Assembly: GCA_966185905.1 (NCBI GenBank)
Contig: CBIFVU010000001.1
Span: 1 to 60,036 of the forward strand
Direction of reading: 5' to 3'
DNA: 60,036 bases
From: an uncultured Lysobacter sp.
GTDB lineage: Bacteria; Pseudomonadota; Gammaproteobacteria; Xanthomonadales; Xanthomonadaceae
Positions 35,655 through 45,804 of this stretch are shown here, in pieces. Position 1 is the stretch's first letter. Each line of letters starts with the position of its first letter. The translations under genes and the position numbers were made by a program. The notes below the pieces were generated by a model. That model worked only from the letters and a program-made list of their open reading frames with translations, did no database searches and was not told the DNA's origin.

Positions 35655-37823
35655 CTACGGTGCGTCTTGCAGCACGATGTCGTCGAGCAGGAAGCTGGCG
35701 TTGTGCTGGGCCGAGCCGCCCGAGCCCAGCAGTTGCACCCAGACGCTGGCGGTCGCCGCCGGCGGCTGTACCTGGGCGCTCACTTGGGCCCAGTCGTCGC
35801 CGATCGCGCTCAGGGGCACATCGCTGTAGGAAGTCGCCTCATCGCCGGTCGCCGGCGTACCGTCCTCCTTGTTCCAGCGCAGGCGCACGCGCGCATTGGC
35901 CGGCAAGGCCGGGGTGCCGGCGACGTGCCTGGCCCAGAAGCTCAAGCGCTTGGCGCCGCTGTCGGACAGATAGCCGGGGTGGTTGGCCACGGTCGCCCCC
36001 CAGTAGTCGCCTTCGATCACCACTTGCAGGCTGTGGGCGCCGCTGTGGCCGCCGGCGGCCTGGGCCAGGCGGCTGCCGTACCAAGGCGCCCACAGCCCGA
36101 TCGAGCCTTCCAGGGTGGCCGTGGCCGGATCGATCACATTGAACGCCGCGCCGTCGGTGGTGCTGCCGGCATCCTGCAGGTACGGCGCCGCCCGCCAGGC
36201 GTTGAAGCTCATCGTCTCGCCGTAGCGCTTGGCGAACCGCCACGGCCCGTAGTAGTGATTGTTGGCGAAGCGATTGTTGTTGTTGAACATCACATCGTTC
36301 TGCACCTGCTGCACGGTGTAGGGCGACCAGCCCAGGTTGTTCTCCCCGGTCGCGTACAGCGCCTGGGCGCCGCAGTAACTGGAGCTGCCGCAGGGCACGG
36401 CCTGGGGATCGAAGTAGAACTCGTTGCCGGTCACTTCGATGTTGCGGGCGTGCCAGCGGCAGTCGCGCTGCAGCGTCGCATCGCCGTTGATCTGGGTGTA
36501 GCACGGATGCAGGTGGCTGATGGGATCGGGGTACTGGCTGGGATGCTCCGGGTCCGGGCGGACGATCAGCGCCGGATGGACGAAAGGCGTGCAGTACACC
36601 TGGCTGGTGTTGCCGTTGGAATTGCAGAAGCGGTTGGCGCTTTCGTAGATCGACACGCCCGAGAAATTGTTCTCGAAATAGTTGTCTTGCACCCGCAGCA
36701 GCGCCGACCCGCTCACCGCCTGGGGCAGGCGGCTGTCGCCGCCGGATTCGGACAGGTAGATCGCCGGCGCCGGCGCGCCGCGGTCGGAGTTGCCCGACAC
36801 CCAGCCGTTGTTGATGAAGGTGTTGGCGCGGATGGTGGCGTTATAGCTGATCTCGTACCAGATGCCGACGCCGTCGTTGTCGCGCAGGTAGTTGTTCTCG
36901 AACAGGAAGTCGATGTTGTTGGTGTCGGCCCACAGGCCTGTGCCGCGGTTGTCGTGGACGTAGTTGCCCACCACCCGCGCGCCGCGCACGTCCCAGAACT
37001 TGCCGCCGCCGGTGCAGCCGCACCGGGTGCTGGCCTCCCAGTCGTCGGTGTTGTTGCCGGCGATCTCGTTGTAGCTCAGGTCGATGTCGACGATGGCCGA
37101 ACGTCCGGGGACCGGATTGCCCGCAGTCGGCGGGCCCTCGCTCTGCAACGGCTCCTTGTACATGCTGAAGCCATACTGGCCGTTGTCCTTCAGGCAGTTG
37201 TAGCGGACCTTGTTGTGGCTGCCCAGGAACACCCCCGCGCCGCGATTGTTGGCGATGGTGTTGTACTCGATGGTCCAGTGATCGCCGGCGTCGTGGTTGA
37301 CCACGCCCTGGTCGAAGTTGCCGAAATCCTCTTCGGGGATGTCGCTGTAGCGGCCGAAGTTGCGGATGGTCAGGTAGCGCACCACCACGTTCTTGGCGGT
37401 GCTGGTGAAGGCGTAGAGGTTGAGGTTCTGGCCGTCGAGGATCGCGCCGGGCCCGCCCAGGTAGGTGTTGCCTTCCTGCGCGATGATCTGGCTGTACATG
37501 TGCGTGCCGAGGGTGTGCACGCCCGGCTCGAACCAGAAGGTGACCCCGGCGCGGCGGAAATCGAAACCGCTGTTGTCGCCGGCCGGCACCACGATCGCGC
37601 CGGCCGGCGGCGCGGCCGGGCCGCTGGGCATGACGCCGGTCTGGCAATACTTCGCCGGCGGTTCGCTGGGCCACATCAGGCCCGCATGGGCCTGGCCTTC
37701 GCTGCCGATGCGCGCCTGCGCCGCGACGGCCGGAGCGAGCATCAGCCCGCCCAGGAGCAAGGCCGGCAGCAGGCGCGCAATGCGCCGGTGCCGGATGGAT
37801 GGTTGGTGAAAGTCGATAGCCAC
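35655..37823 (-). CDS. Secreted right-handed parallel beta-helix protein with C-terminal carbohydrate-binding-like module
   Basis: Signal peptide; GAILDG and Asn-ladder repeats (NYVHDNRGTGLWAD, NNYLRDNDGVGIWYEISY); C-terminal W-rich beta-sandwich ending FLLDDIVL. Confidence 0.85.
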   Translation of the reverse strand: MAIDFHQPSIRHRRIARLLPALLLGGLMLAPAVAAQARIGSEGQAHAGLMWPSEPPAKYCQTGVMPSGPAAPPAGAIVVPAGDNSGFDFRRAGVTFWFEPGVHTLGTHMYSQIIAQEGNTYLGGPGAILDGQNLNLYAFTSTAKNVVVRYLTIRNFGRYSDIPEEDFGNFDQGVVNHDAGDHWTIEYNTIANNRGAGVFLGSHNKVRYNCLKDNGQYGFSMYKEPLQSEGPPTAGNPVPGRSAIVDIDLSYNEIAGNNTDDWEASTRCGCTGGGKFWDVRGARVVGNYVHDNRGTGLWADTNNIDFLFENNYLRDNDGVGIWYEISYNATIRANTFINNGWVSGNSDRGAPAPAIYLSESGGDSRLPQAVSGSALLRVQDNYFENNFSGVSIYESANRFCNSNGNTSQVYCTPFVHPALIVRPDPEHPSQYPDPISHLHPCYTQINGDATLQRDCRWHARNIEVTGNEFYFDPQAVPCGSSSYCGAQALYATGENNLGWSPYTVQQVQNDVMFNNNNRFANNHYYGPWRFAKRYGETMSFNAWRAAPYLQDAGSTTDGAAFNVIDPATATLEGSIGLWAPWYGSRLAQAAGGHSGAHSLQVVIEGDYWGATVANHPGYLSDSGAKRLSFWARHVAGTPALPANARVRLRWNKEDGTPATGDEATSYSDVPLSAIGDDWAQVSAQVQPPAATASVWVQLLGSGGSAQHNASFLLDDIVLQDAP

Positions 37824-38270
37824 TGCGCAATCCCCTGAATGATGACGGCCGAGGTAGGCGGCGATCGCCCGCGGGGCGATTCGCGCGGCCCCGCGGTCGG
37901 CGGAAAGGCCCGGACTCGGCCTGTTCCGCGGGTCGCGGGGCCGCGCTTTATCGCCCGCAGCGTCATGCCGCCGTAGTGGCCTCTGTCATGACCTCAACGG
38001 TTTGTGATGCCATTGGCGTTCGCGGCCGGGCGATGCGGGGGGCTCTTGGCTCTGTGCTGCAGCGGGCGCTTGGTTTCCGGCCCACCCGCCTGTTTACGCT
38101 CCGGCGAGCGCGCCGAGGCTTCGATATCGAGCGGTCCCTGCGCGGTGCGGTCCGTGCGGGAGGCGCTCCGCCTGCGCCCCGCCTTTGTTCTCAGCCCGGC
38201 GGCTGCGACCCGGCTCCTCGACGCGTCGGCGCGGACCGGCGGCTGTCGGCCGTAGGGCGCGGTGCCGGTG

Positions 38271-38296
38271 CGGGCGGTCGGGCGGTCGGGCGGTCG
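38271..38296. repeat. Short intergenic tandem repeat (CGGGCGGT)x3
   Basis: Seen directly. Confidence 0.6.
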
Positions 38297-38405
38297 ATCT
38301 TCATCGCGGCGCCGCTCGCGCGATCCGCGCCGGGTCGCCCGCCGCGGCTGCCGACGGCACGCGAACGCCGGGCTGGCGTAGGCGGCCGCACTGCCACGGG
38401 CCGCA

Positions 38406-40151
38406 TCAGCGCAGTGCTTCGCCGCGTTGCGCGGCCAGTGAGTCCCAGATGCGTCCCTCGCGCTGCGCGGCGGTGGTCACCGCCTCCACCGCCCCTTCGC
38501 CCAGGCGGTCGCGCAATTGCTGCAGATACAGGCTGCGCGGCGCGACCGCCTGCCCGGCCGATTGCACGATCCCGGTCGGTTCCTCGGGCGGGAACTTGCC
38601 CGCGCCCTGTTCGCCGGCTTGGCCGACGGCCCAGTTCATCGCGAACGGCGGCGCCTGTACGACATAGCGGGCCTGGCTGCTGTTCCAGAACATCTGCTGC
38701 GCGCCCGCCCAGCCATGCCCGGAGCCACTGGCGCGCCGGTGCTGCGCGCGCAGCGAGTAGCCCAGGGTGTTGTCGTACAAGGTGCCGGTGGCCCAGCGGT
38801 GGTGCGGCCCGCTGTCGTTGTTCTCCTTCGCCGCCACGCAATCGAGGAAGACGTTGGGGCCGGGCACGCGGGCGCCGGTCACGAAGCTGTGCCGGCCGCT
38901 CTCGGCGTAGCAACGCTGGGTCAGATTGAAGGACGAATTGCCTTCGTAGACGAAGACATAGCGGCGCATGCCTTCGGTTTCGCCATAGCGCGGGTCGAGG
39001 TAGGCGACGTCCTCGAAGCTGTTGAAGTGCGCGCCGTTGTGGGTCCAGATGCCATGGGAGACATAGCGCGTGGTGACGTTGCGGACCCAGGAGTCGCGGA
39101 CGCCGCCGAGCCGCACCGCGGCATAGGGGCCGGTGTCGGGCGTGCCGCGCGCCGTGCCGGTGCGGGGGTCGCCCTCCAGGCGAAGATCCTCGACGCCGGC
39201 CTGGGCGATGCGCGCGATGTCGGTGCGATAGACATAGCCGCCGCCGAAGCGCGCTTCGATGGCATCGACGATGGGCGCATCGAGCACGAGCGTGCCCTTG
39301 CCCACCGCGGCCACCACGCGCTCATAGCGCATGGCGTAATCGTCCGGGCGCCAGCCGTAGCGGGCGGTGTCGAGGCCTTCGATGCCGGTCCAGGCGGCGT
39401 TGGGCTCGCGGACGATGGCGATGCTGTCCCCGGCGCGGTAGCCGTCGGTCGAGTCGACGGCGATCCGCATCGCGCCCACTGGCACGTAGGATGCGGCGAT
39501 CCGCGTCTGCCGCGGCTCCACGGCCGGCTTGGGCACCGACGCCTCCGGGTGGCCCACTTCGACGATCCGGCCTTGCCGCGCCTGGGTCGTGGAGCGCAGG
39601 ACCGTGCCGTCCGCGCCGCGCCCCTGTCCGCGCAACACCACGCCGCCGGCGCGGATGCGCAAGGTATCGCTCACGCTGTAGCGACCGCGCTCGAGCAGCA
39701 CCGCGCCGCGCAGGCCGCGCGAATCCGGCGGCAGCGCCGCGACTGCATCGATCGCAGCCTGGATGCGGGCATGATCGTCGCCGCGGCCGCTGGGTTCCAG
39801 CACGTGCCGCACGGGGATGCTGGTGCGCGCGGGCAGGGCCACGCCACCGCCGCGATAGCCAGCGCGGGAGAAATCCGGAACGATGTTGCGCGGAGCCGGC
39901 GCGCCGCGGTCGGCGTAGAGCCGATAGCGCAGTCGCCGCCCCTCGCGGTCCAGGGCGACCAGCGGCGCATCCGGGTTCGGGTCCAGCGGGTGCAGGAAGG
40001 CATCCGAGCCGCGCTCCGCACGGGGGGCCGCATCGCGCACCGCTCCGACCGCGGCGGGCGCGCTGTCCGTGGACAGGTTTCTCCCGCCGCAACCGGCCAG
40101 CGCGCACACCAACATCGCTGCGGCAAGCCGGTGCCGATGGGGAAAGCGCAT
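38406..40151 (-). CDS. Lipoprotein of the pectin-lyase-like beta-helix superfamily (polysaccharide lyase/hydrolase-like)
   Basis: Lipobox LAGC; PDFSRAGYRGGG, DDHARIQAAID, GAVLLERGRY, VVLRGQG and SGPHHRWATG motifs. Confidence 0.85.
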   Translation of the reverse strand: MRFPHRHRLAAAMLVCALAGCGGRNLSTDSAPAAVGAVRDAAPRAERGSDAFLHPLDPNPDAPLVALDREGRRLRYRLYADRGAPAPRNIVPDFSRAGYRGGGVALPARTSIPVRHVLEPSGRGDDHARIQAAIDAVAALPPDSRGLRGAVLLERGRYSVSDTLRIRAGGVVLRGQGRGADGTVLRSTTQARQGRIVEVGHPEASVPKPAVEPRQTRIAASYVPVGAMRIAVDSTDGYRAGDSIAIVREPNAAWTGIEGLDTARYGWRPDDYAMRYERVVAAVGKGTLVLDAPIVDAIEARFGGGYVYRTDIARIAQAGVEDLRLEGDPRTGTARGTPDTGPYAAVRLGGVRDSWVRNVTTRYVSHGIWTHNGAHFNSFEDVAYLDPRYGETEGMRRYVFVYEGNSSFNLTQRCYAESGRHSFVTGARVPGPNVFLDCVAAKENNDSGPHHRWATGTLYDNTLGYSLRAQHRRASGSGHGWAGAQQMFWNSSQARYVVQAPPFAMNWAVGQAGEQGAGKFPPEEPTGIVQSAGQAVAPRSLYLQQLRDRLGEGAVEAVTTAAQREGRIWDSLAAQRGEALR

Positions 40152-40497
40152 GGGTCCTGGTTCCTGAGCGAGAAGGCCTGTCCAAGCAGGTCGAGCGGAG
40201 CGTCCGAGTGCCGCAAACCGGCCGGCCCGGGCCGCAGGGGTCTGCATTCGCGCGCGCAGGCACGGCTTCGGCGGGTGGGCCGGCGCGGTGCGCGGAGTAT
40301 GGATCAGCCGGCTCGCCGGCGATAGCGATGCCGCGACCGGCCGCCCCCGGCTCCGGTAAGCGCAGGCGCGCGATGCGAGCGGCGTTCATCGCCGATTGCG
40401 GTGGTTTAACCAGGCCTTTACCCCCGCAGCGGCGTCTTCTCCCATGCTGGCCCGGCGCCATCAACGTCGATGGCAGTGACGCCAAGGAGAGAATGTC

Positions 40498-40773
40498 ATG
40501 CGCAAGTCGTTTGCGATCGCCCTGCTCGGCCTGGGCCTTGCGGTCAGCCAGACCGCCTCGGCCGAAGTGGTCAACCTCACCAACAGCGCCGACGGCGCCA
40601 GCCGGGACGCGGCGGTGACCGCGGTCAAGGACAAATTGAACGCGGCCTGCAAAGAACGCGGCGGCACGCCGGTGGCCGATTCGTTCGCGATCGATTTCGA
40701 GAAGAAAAGCGAGAACCCGGACGTGCCCAAGCCGCACTATGTCGATGCGCGGATCAAGTGCGATCTTCCCTGA
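40498..40773 (+). CDS. Small secreted protein with two Cys
   Basis: AAGGAG ribosome site; signal peptide ending ASA; 91 aa. Confidence 0.8.
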   Translation: MRKSFAIALLGLGLAVSQTASAEVVNLTNSADGASRDAAVTAVKDKLNAACKERGGTPVADSFAIDFEKKSENPDVPKPHYVDARIKCDLP

Positions 40774-40795
40774 AACCGGCCGAGCAGGAGCAGCG

Positions 40796-40842
40796 CGGGC
40801 CGCGGCCGCGCTGGTTGCCGGCTTCGGCGCGGCCGCGGCCCG
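40796..40842. terminator. GC-rich hairpin between convergent genes
   Basis: 16-bp perfect arms CGGGCCGCGGCCGCGC and GCGCGGCCGCGGCCCG. Confidence 0.55.
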
Positions 40843-40866
40843 GTACGGCCGCGGCTTGCGCCGCGG

Positions 40867-41310
40867 CTATGTTCTTTTGCGGCGCAGGCGGTTCAAGTCC
40901 GAGGCCTGCAGGCTCATCCCTTGCCGCCGTTGCCGCAGGTCCCTGGCCAAGTCCGCCGGGTCGACGATGGTTCCGCGCAAGCGCTCGTCCGGCTCGATGA
41001 AGGGGCTGGCCGAGCGTTCGATCAGTTCGGGGGTGTAGGCCTCCAGCCATTTGTCCAGCGCGATCCGGTCGACTTCGGCCGCGCCGGGAAAGGCGGCGCG
41101 ACTGGCGTGCAGGCTCGCCTCGGCGCTCTCCTGGCTCGACCACAGCAGGAACAGGGCGCTGTTGCGGCCGGAAGGATCGTCGGCGGTGGCCCAGGTGTCG
41201 CCGCGCCAGACCGCCCACAGCGTGCCAGAGGCGGCCACCGCGTCCAGGAACCCGCGATAGCGCTGGCACGCGCCGCGGCCTTGATCGGCACTCACAAGCG
41301 CGCTCGCCAT
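40867..41310 (-). CDS. DUF2750-like protein
   Basis: RY..FL..V...G.LW...LWSS...A...I.LD.WLE...P.L pattern. Confidence 0.7.
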   Translation of the reverse strand: MASALVSADQGRGACQRYRGFLDAVAASGTLWAVWRGDTWATADDPSGRNSALFLLWSSQESAEASLHASRAAFPGAAEVDRIALDKWLEAYTPELIERSASPFIEPDERLRGTIVDPADLARDLRQRRQGMSLQASDLNRLRRKRT

Positions 41311-41657
41311 TGCCGCGCACACACGGCCTCCGCCGCCCGGACGAATCGTTCCAGGCGAGCATCCGCATCGGCCTGCCCGCGCAGCAGCGAAGTGGAGGCT
41401 TTCAGTTCGACGAAGCCCTCGGCGCGTGCGCGCGCATTGAGCGCATAGCGGCCGTCCGGAAGCACGACGGTGTTGGCGTAGCCGCTCGGCCTGCAGGTCA
41501 GCTGCGCTCGCGTCGGCGCGAACGGCCAGGCGCCTTTGAACGAAGACTTCTTCACTTCAACCGGTATCTCGGGTATCGCCTCGGTCGCGGCCGCCTGGAA
41601 CGATGGCAGCGCCGCGGCGAGCATGAGCGTCGCAGCGATGGCATAGGGCGTGTTCAT
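41292..41657 (-). CDS. Secreted YebY/DUF2511-like protein
   Basis: Signal peptide; F.G.WPF....LTCRP...YALN.A and a terminal Cys. Confidence 0.7.
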   Translation of the reverse strand: MNTPYAIAATLMLAAALPSFQAAATEAIPEIPVEVKKSSFKGAWPFAPTRAQLTCRPSGYANTVVLPDGRYALNARARAEGFVELKASTSLLRGQADADARLERFVRAAEAVCARQWRARL

Positions 41658-41708
41658 GCGCTCCTCTCTGGAATGACCGTCGCACCGGAGCGGCGCGTCG
41701 GTGCAGGT

Positions 41709-42632
41709 TCAATAGCGTGGGATCGACCCGTCCACTGTCTCGGCCCAGGCGTCGATCCCGCCTTCGACATAGAAGATTTCGCGATGGCCCAGCCGGTAGA
41801 GATGGGCGGCCGCGTACCGGCTGCGGTCGCCGCGGTGGCACAGCGTCGCCAGCGCCGCTTGCGGCGGCAGGTTGCGGATCGTGTGGCTATCCTCGTCCAG
41901 GCTCAGGAACGGGATCGGCACCTCGGCCGCGGCGCGGTCGTACTTGTCGCGCACATCCACCAGGGTCAGCGTGCCGGCGCGGACGCGGGCGTCGGCCTCG
42001 GCCGGGGCGATGGGCAGCACCGGTTCGATCCGGCGGCCGTCGCGGCTCAGTATCAGGCCGTCGCCGCGCTCGATGTCCTGCCAATGGATCGACAGGCCCT
42101 CGGCTCGGCGGGCGCTGGCGAGATCGAACTGCAGCGGCACGCCGTCCACCGCCACCGCGATGGCCTCGGGCCGGCGCTGCACCAAGCGCAGGCAGCCGTC
42201 CAGGCGCGGACTCAGGATGAGCTCGGCCACCGCGTCGCCGGGCTCGCGTTGCAGGGCTTCGCGCAAGGCCTGCGCACCCTGCGGCGTGAGCTGCACCTGC
42301 GGCGGGCGGCGGTCCGGCGGCGGCAGGCCGAGCGCGGCTTGGAGCTCGCCGGTGTCGGTCATGCGCACGATCGCGTCTGCATCGCCGATGGCGCGGCCAT
42401 CGAGGTAGAGCTGCGGTATGCCTGGCGGCCCGCCCGCCCCAGGCGCGGCATCGGCAGGATCGTCCAGCGCATCGACCTGGGCGTAGTCGATGCCCAGGCC
42501 GTCGAGCACATGGCAGGCGCGGGCCGAAGCGGCCGTCCTCGGCCACCCGGCCGGCCCGTCCATCAGCAGGACCAAGCGGTGGCGGTGGGACAGGGTGTGG
42601 ATCTGTCGGGCAAGCTCGGGACTGAGGGTCAC
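41709..42632 (-). CDS. Glutaredoxin-like/HesB-like/rhodanese fusion with a degenerate glutaredoxin active site
   Basis: IPQLYLDG, GEL...LGLPPPDR.PP, QFDLASARRAEG, LVDVR, CHRGDRS, GGIDAW..VD..IPRY. GTG start inferred. Confidence 0.85.
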   Translation of the reverse strand: MTLSPELARQIHTLSHRHRLVLLMDGPAGWPRTAASARACHVLDGLGIDYAQVDALDDPADAAPGAGGPPGIPQLYLDGRAIGDADAIVRMTDTGELQAALGLPPPDRRPPQVQLTPQGAQALREALQREPGDAVAELILSPRLDGCLRLVQRRPEAIAVAVDGVPLQFDLASARRAEGLSIHWQDIERGDGLILSRDGRRIEPVLPIAPAEADARVRAGTLTLVDVRDKYDRAAAEVPIPFLSLDEDSHTIRNLPPQAALATLCHRGDRSRYAAAHLYRLGHREIFYVEGGIDAWAETVDGSIPRY

Positions 42633-42708
42633 GTCGGTCGGCCTGGGAGAAGGGGCGGAGGATCGGTGCCGGCGCCAGCGCGGCCCACTGCGCAGCCGCA
42701 GGGGCAGG

Positions 42709-43377
42709 CTAGTCGAAGCAATTCTCGAAGTTCTGCGATTGGAGGGAGTTCCGGTTGAACGCCCGGATGAAGGTTTCGGGGTCGGCGAGGTAGCGCTCAT
42801 AGCGCTCGCAGCCGGCGGAGACGGCGTGCGCGGCGGCATCGTGGAAGCTGTCGTCGCCGCCGAGGTAGAGCTGGCGGCCGGCGCGCCGCTCCAGCCTGGC
42901 CACCGCCGCCTGCAAGCGCTTGCGGTGGCGGGCGGCGGCGCTCCACAGGCGCTTGGGCGCCCGGACACCGTAGGCCTCGCGCAGCGCGGCGCGGGCTTCG
43001 TCGGCATAGTCGGGATGGCGGTGGTGGCGGGGCCAGTCCAAGGCGCGCACCACGGCCCAGAAATCGCCGGGGTCGGTGCGCGCCAGGCGCTTGGCCAGCG
43101 CTTGCGCCCGGGCGCTGGCCGGCGGCGCGCCCGCTTCCAGCGCGGCGCTGGCCCTGAGCAGGCCGCGCACCTGGTCCTCGGACAGGGTGAACACCACCGA
43201 GGGTCCGAGTTCCTGGGTCACCAGGCGATACCAGCCCGGCTTGGAGCCGGCGGCGCGCAGGCCGAAGCATCGCCCCGGAATCAGGGCGACGGCCTGGCCC
43301 CTGGCGCTTTCCAGCGCGCAGGCGCGCTTGGCCCGGTAGGCGAACCATCGGTAGGACTCCGTTCCGCGCACGCTCAT
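42709..43377 (-). CDS. Hypothetical protein with DUF4240-like C-terminal half
   Basis: AAGGAAGG ribosome site; DFWAVV...DDSF.D.....VS.G...YE..LADP pattern. Confidence 0.6.
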   Translation of the reverse strand: MSVRGTESYRWFAYRAKRACALESARGQAVALIPGRCFGLRAAGSKPGWYRLVTQELGPSVVFTLSEDQVRGLLRASAALEAGAPPASARAQALAKRLARTDPGDFWAVVRALDWPRHHRHPDYADEARAALREAYGVRAPKRLWSAAARHRKRLQAAVARLERRAGRQLYLGGDDSFHDAAAHAVSAGCERYERYLADPETFIRAFNRNSLQSQNFENCFD

Positions 43378-43596
43378 GGCCTTCCTTGGGCTTGTCCGCA
43401 TTCGGTCGGCGGATCATACGGCCTCGCGCGGCCCGCGTGATGACAGAGCTGCCGCTCGCGTCCGACGCTGCGGTGCGCAACGGTCCGATCCTGGGCGGAC
43501 TTGAGCCGGCCCGGCCGGCAGGCGCAGACTCGCCGTAGTCGCCTCCGCATAGAGAGCGTGCGCGGCCGACATCGCGCGCGCGGGGGATCCAAGGTC

Positions 43597-44001
43597 ATGG
43601 CATCGGAATCCGGCAGTTCCGAGTTCATCGAGATCGATCCGGAGCGGGTCTTCGCGCTGTTCCGCACGATCGGCTTCGCGCCGCCGCACGCCTCCGCCGA
43701 CGGCGATCGACCCGGCCTGGCCTTCGCCGGGCGCGCCGAGATCAAGCTCGCGACCGCGCGCCCGGGCGACCCGCTGGGCGTGAGCTCGGCGATTCCCGCC
43801 GAGTCCAAGGAGTTCTTCCGCCTGTTGGCCGAACACAGCGGCCAGTTGCAGGTGATCACCGACCCCACCGGCACCTATGTATTCGAGCGCGGGCAGGCGA
43901 TGGAACATCTGCCGCCCCCGGAGCCGGAGCCAGCGGCTGCGCCTGAGCCCGCGCGGCCCGCCACGGCCGCGCCGGCCAGACCGTGGTGGAAGCTCTGGTA
44001 G
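43597..44001 (+). CDS. Hypothetical protein with a C-terminal PWWKLW motif
   Basis: AAGG plus ATG; Pro/Ala linker then RPWWKLW. Confidence 0.7.
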   Translation: MASESGSSEFIEIDPERVFALFRTIGFAPPHASADGDRPGLAFAGRAEIKLATARPGDPLGVSSAIPAESKEFFRLLAEHSGQLQVITDPTGTYVFERGQAMEHLPPPEPEPAAAPEPARPATAAPARPWWKLW

Positions 44002-44264
44002 CAGCGCGGCCTTCCTGCGCAGGCACCACGCCGGATCGGCCTACCCGCTCGCCGCACCGCCTCCATCGCGTCCAACACCTACGCCGGCGTACCTCGCCGC
44101 CCGACCGAGGCGGGCAGGCCCGATCCGCGCGCAGTTCGCGGCGCTGGCCGGCAGTGGCGACCGACATCGCCCTAGCGATTCGTGAATGCCGCGGCCACGC
44201 CCGATGCACGCCGGCTTACGCACCCGCGCCCACCATGGGCTCTCGTCGCGACCGCCCGTGGGCC

Positions 44265-45230
44265 ATGGCTTCTTCCCAGCATCGAGTCGTCTTCGCCGCG
44301 CTGATCGGCAACGCCGCCGTCGCAGCGACCAAGTTCGTCGCCGCCGGCCTGACCGGCAGCTCGGCCATGGCCAGCGAGGGCGTGCATTCGCTGGTGGATA
44401 CCTGCAATCAGGTGCTGCTGTTGCACGGTCTGCGCCGAGCGCAGCGCCCGCCCGACGCCAGCCATCCCTTCGGCTACGGCCGCGAGCTGTATTTCTGGGC
44501 CTTCATCGTCGCCTTGATGGTGTTCGCCGTCGGCGCCGGCATTTCCCTGTACGAGGGCGTGGCCCATCTGCGCGATCCGCGGCCGATGGCGGCGCCGTGG
44601 GTCAATTACGTGGTGCTGGGCGTGTCCTTGCTGTTCGAGGGCGCGACTTGGTGGGTGGCGCTGCGCGCGTTCCGCGCCGCCAAGGGTGCGCGCGGCTGGC
44701 TTGCGGCCTTCCGCGACAGCAAGGATGCGAGCACCTTCACCGTATTGTTCGAGGACACCGCGGCGGTGTTGGGCCTGCTGATCGCACTGGCCGGCGTGGC
44801 GGCCGCGCAGGCCACCGGCGACCCGCATTACGACGGCTATGCGTCGCTGGGCATCGGCGCGGTCCTGGCGGTCACTGCGCTGTTGCTGGCGCGCGAGACC
44901 AAGGGCCTGCTGCTGGGCGAAGCGGCGCAACGCCAGGTGGTGGACGATATCCTGCAGATCGCCGACGCCGACCCGGACGTGCGCCGCGCCAACGGCGTGC
45001 TGACCCAGCAATTGGGGCCGGAGAGCATCGTCGCCGCGCTCAGCGCGGATTTCCACGATCGCCTGAGCACGCCGCAGATCGAGGCCTGCGTGCTGCGCAT
45101 CGAGCATGCGGTGCAACGCCGGCATCCCGACGTGACTGCGTTGTTCGTCAAGCCGCAGACCGCCGAGACATGGGCGCTGCGGCGTTCGCGCTGGAACCCG
45201 GACCGGGTCGCGCCGGGCGGCGTCGGATAG
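44265..45230 (+). CDS. Cation diffusion facilitator (CDF) family transporter
   Basis: TGSSAMASEGVHSLVD, HPFGYGRE, FEDTAA; six TM segments plus a cytosolic domain. Confidence 0.93.
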   Translation: MASSQHRVVFAALIGNAAVAATKFVAAGLTGSSAMASEGVHSLVDTCNQVLLLHGLRRAQRPPDASHPFGYGRELYFWAFIVALMVFAVGAGISLYEGVAHLRDPRPMAAPWVNYVVLGVSLLFEGATWWVALRAFRAAKGARGWLAAFRDSKDASTFTVLFEDTAAVLGLLIALAGVAAAQATGDPHYDGYASLGIGAVLAVTALLLARETKGLLLGEAAQRQVVDDILQIADADPDVRRANGVLTQQLGPESIVAALSADFHDRLSTPQIEACVLRIEHAVQRRHPDVTALFVKPQTAETWALRRSRWNPDRVAPGGVG

Positions 45231-45397
45231 CTCGAACACGGCGCCAGCGGCGCCATCGTCCCTGCCGGGTGTTGCCTCGGAGTGATCGTCGCCGGCTTCG
45301 GGATTCACCGTCGAACAACCCGCCGCGCGCCATCCTCGGGCTGCGGTCGGCGCGGCCGCCGGGACATTGCAACCATGCACTCCAGCGAGGTGCCCCC

Positions 45398-45589
45398 ATG
45401 AGCAAGCTGCGCGGCCGATCGCCGCCCGACGACGAGGTCTGGACCGAACGCGGAGAACTGCGCAAGCCCGAGGATCGCTCCGACCAGCCGGCTCAGGATG
45501 CCCCGCGGCGGGCGCCCAGGACGCCCGCCGCGCGTCCGCCCGCTTCGACGCCGGCGGCACCCGCCGGCAAGGACGGCTCGCGCAAGTAA
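45398..45589 (+). CDS. Small hydrophilic hypothetical protein
   Basis: GAGGTG ribosome site plus ATG; 63 aa, low complexity. Confidence 0.45.
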   Translation: MSKLRGRSPPDDEVWTERGELRKPEDRSDQPAQDAPRRAPRTPAARPPASTPAAPAGKDGSRK

Positions 45590-45804
45590 GCCGTCGGCGT
45601 GCAGCGCGCGCCCCGATGGCAGGTCGGCCGCTGGTTCCGGTCCTGAAGGCCCAGCCAGCGGATTCCATCGGCCGCGCGCCGCGGCCATCGTTCACCCCAT
45701 GAGACTCTGAAGCCGAGTTCTGCCGTCTACCGGGCCCATCGTTGCGAATCTAACGTAGCCGCCATCGCAACTGCCGGTCGGCACCGCCGACCAGGACACC
45801 GGTC

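Noticed and set aside
44265-45230. CDF transporter as part of the zinc locus
   Set aside because: It is about 18 kb away with no Zur-like box seen, and its metal specificity cannot be read from the sequence.
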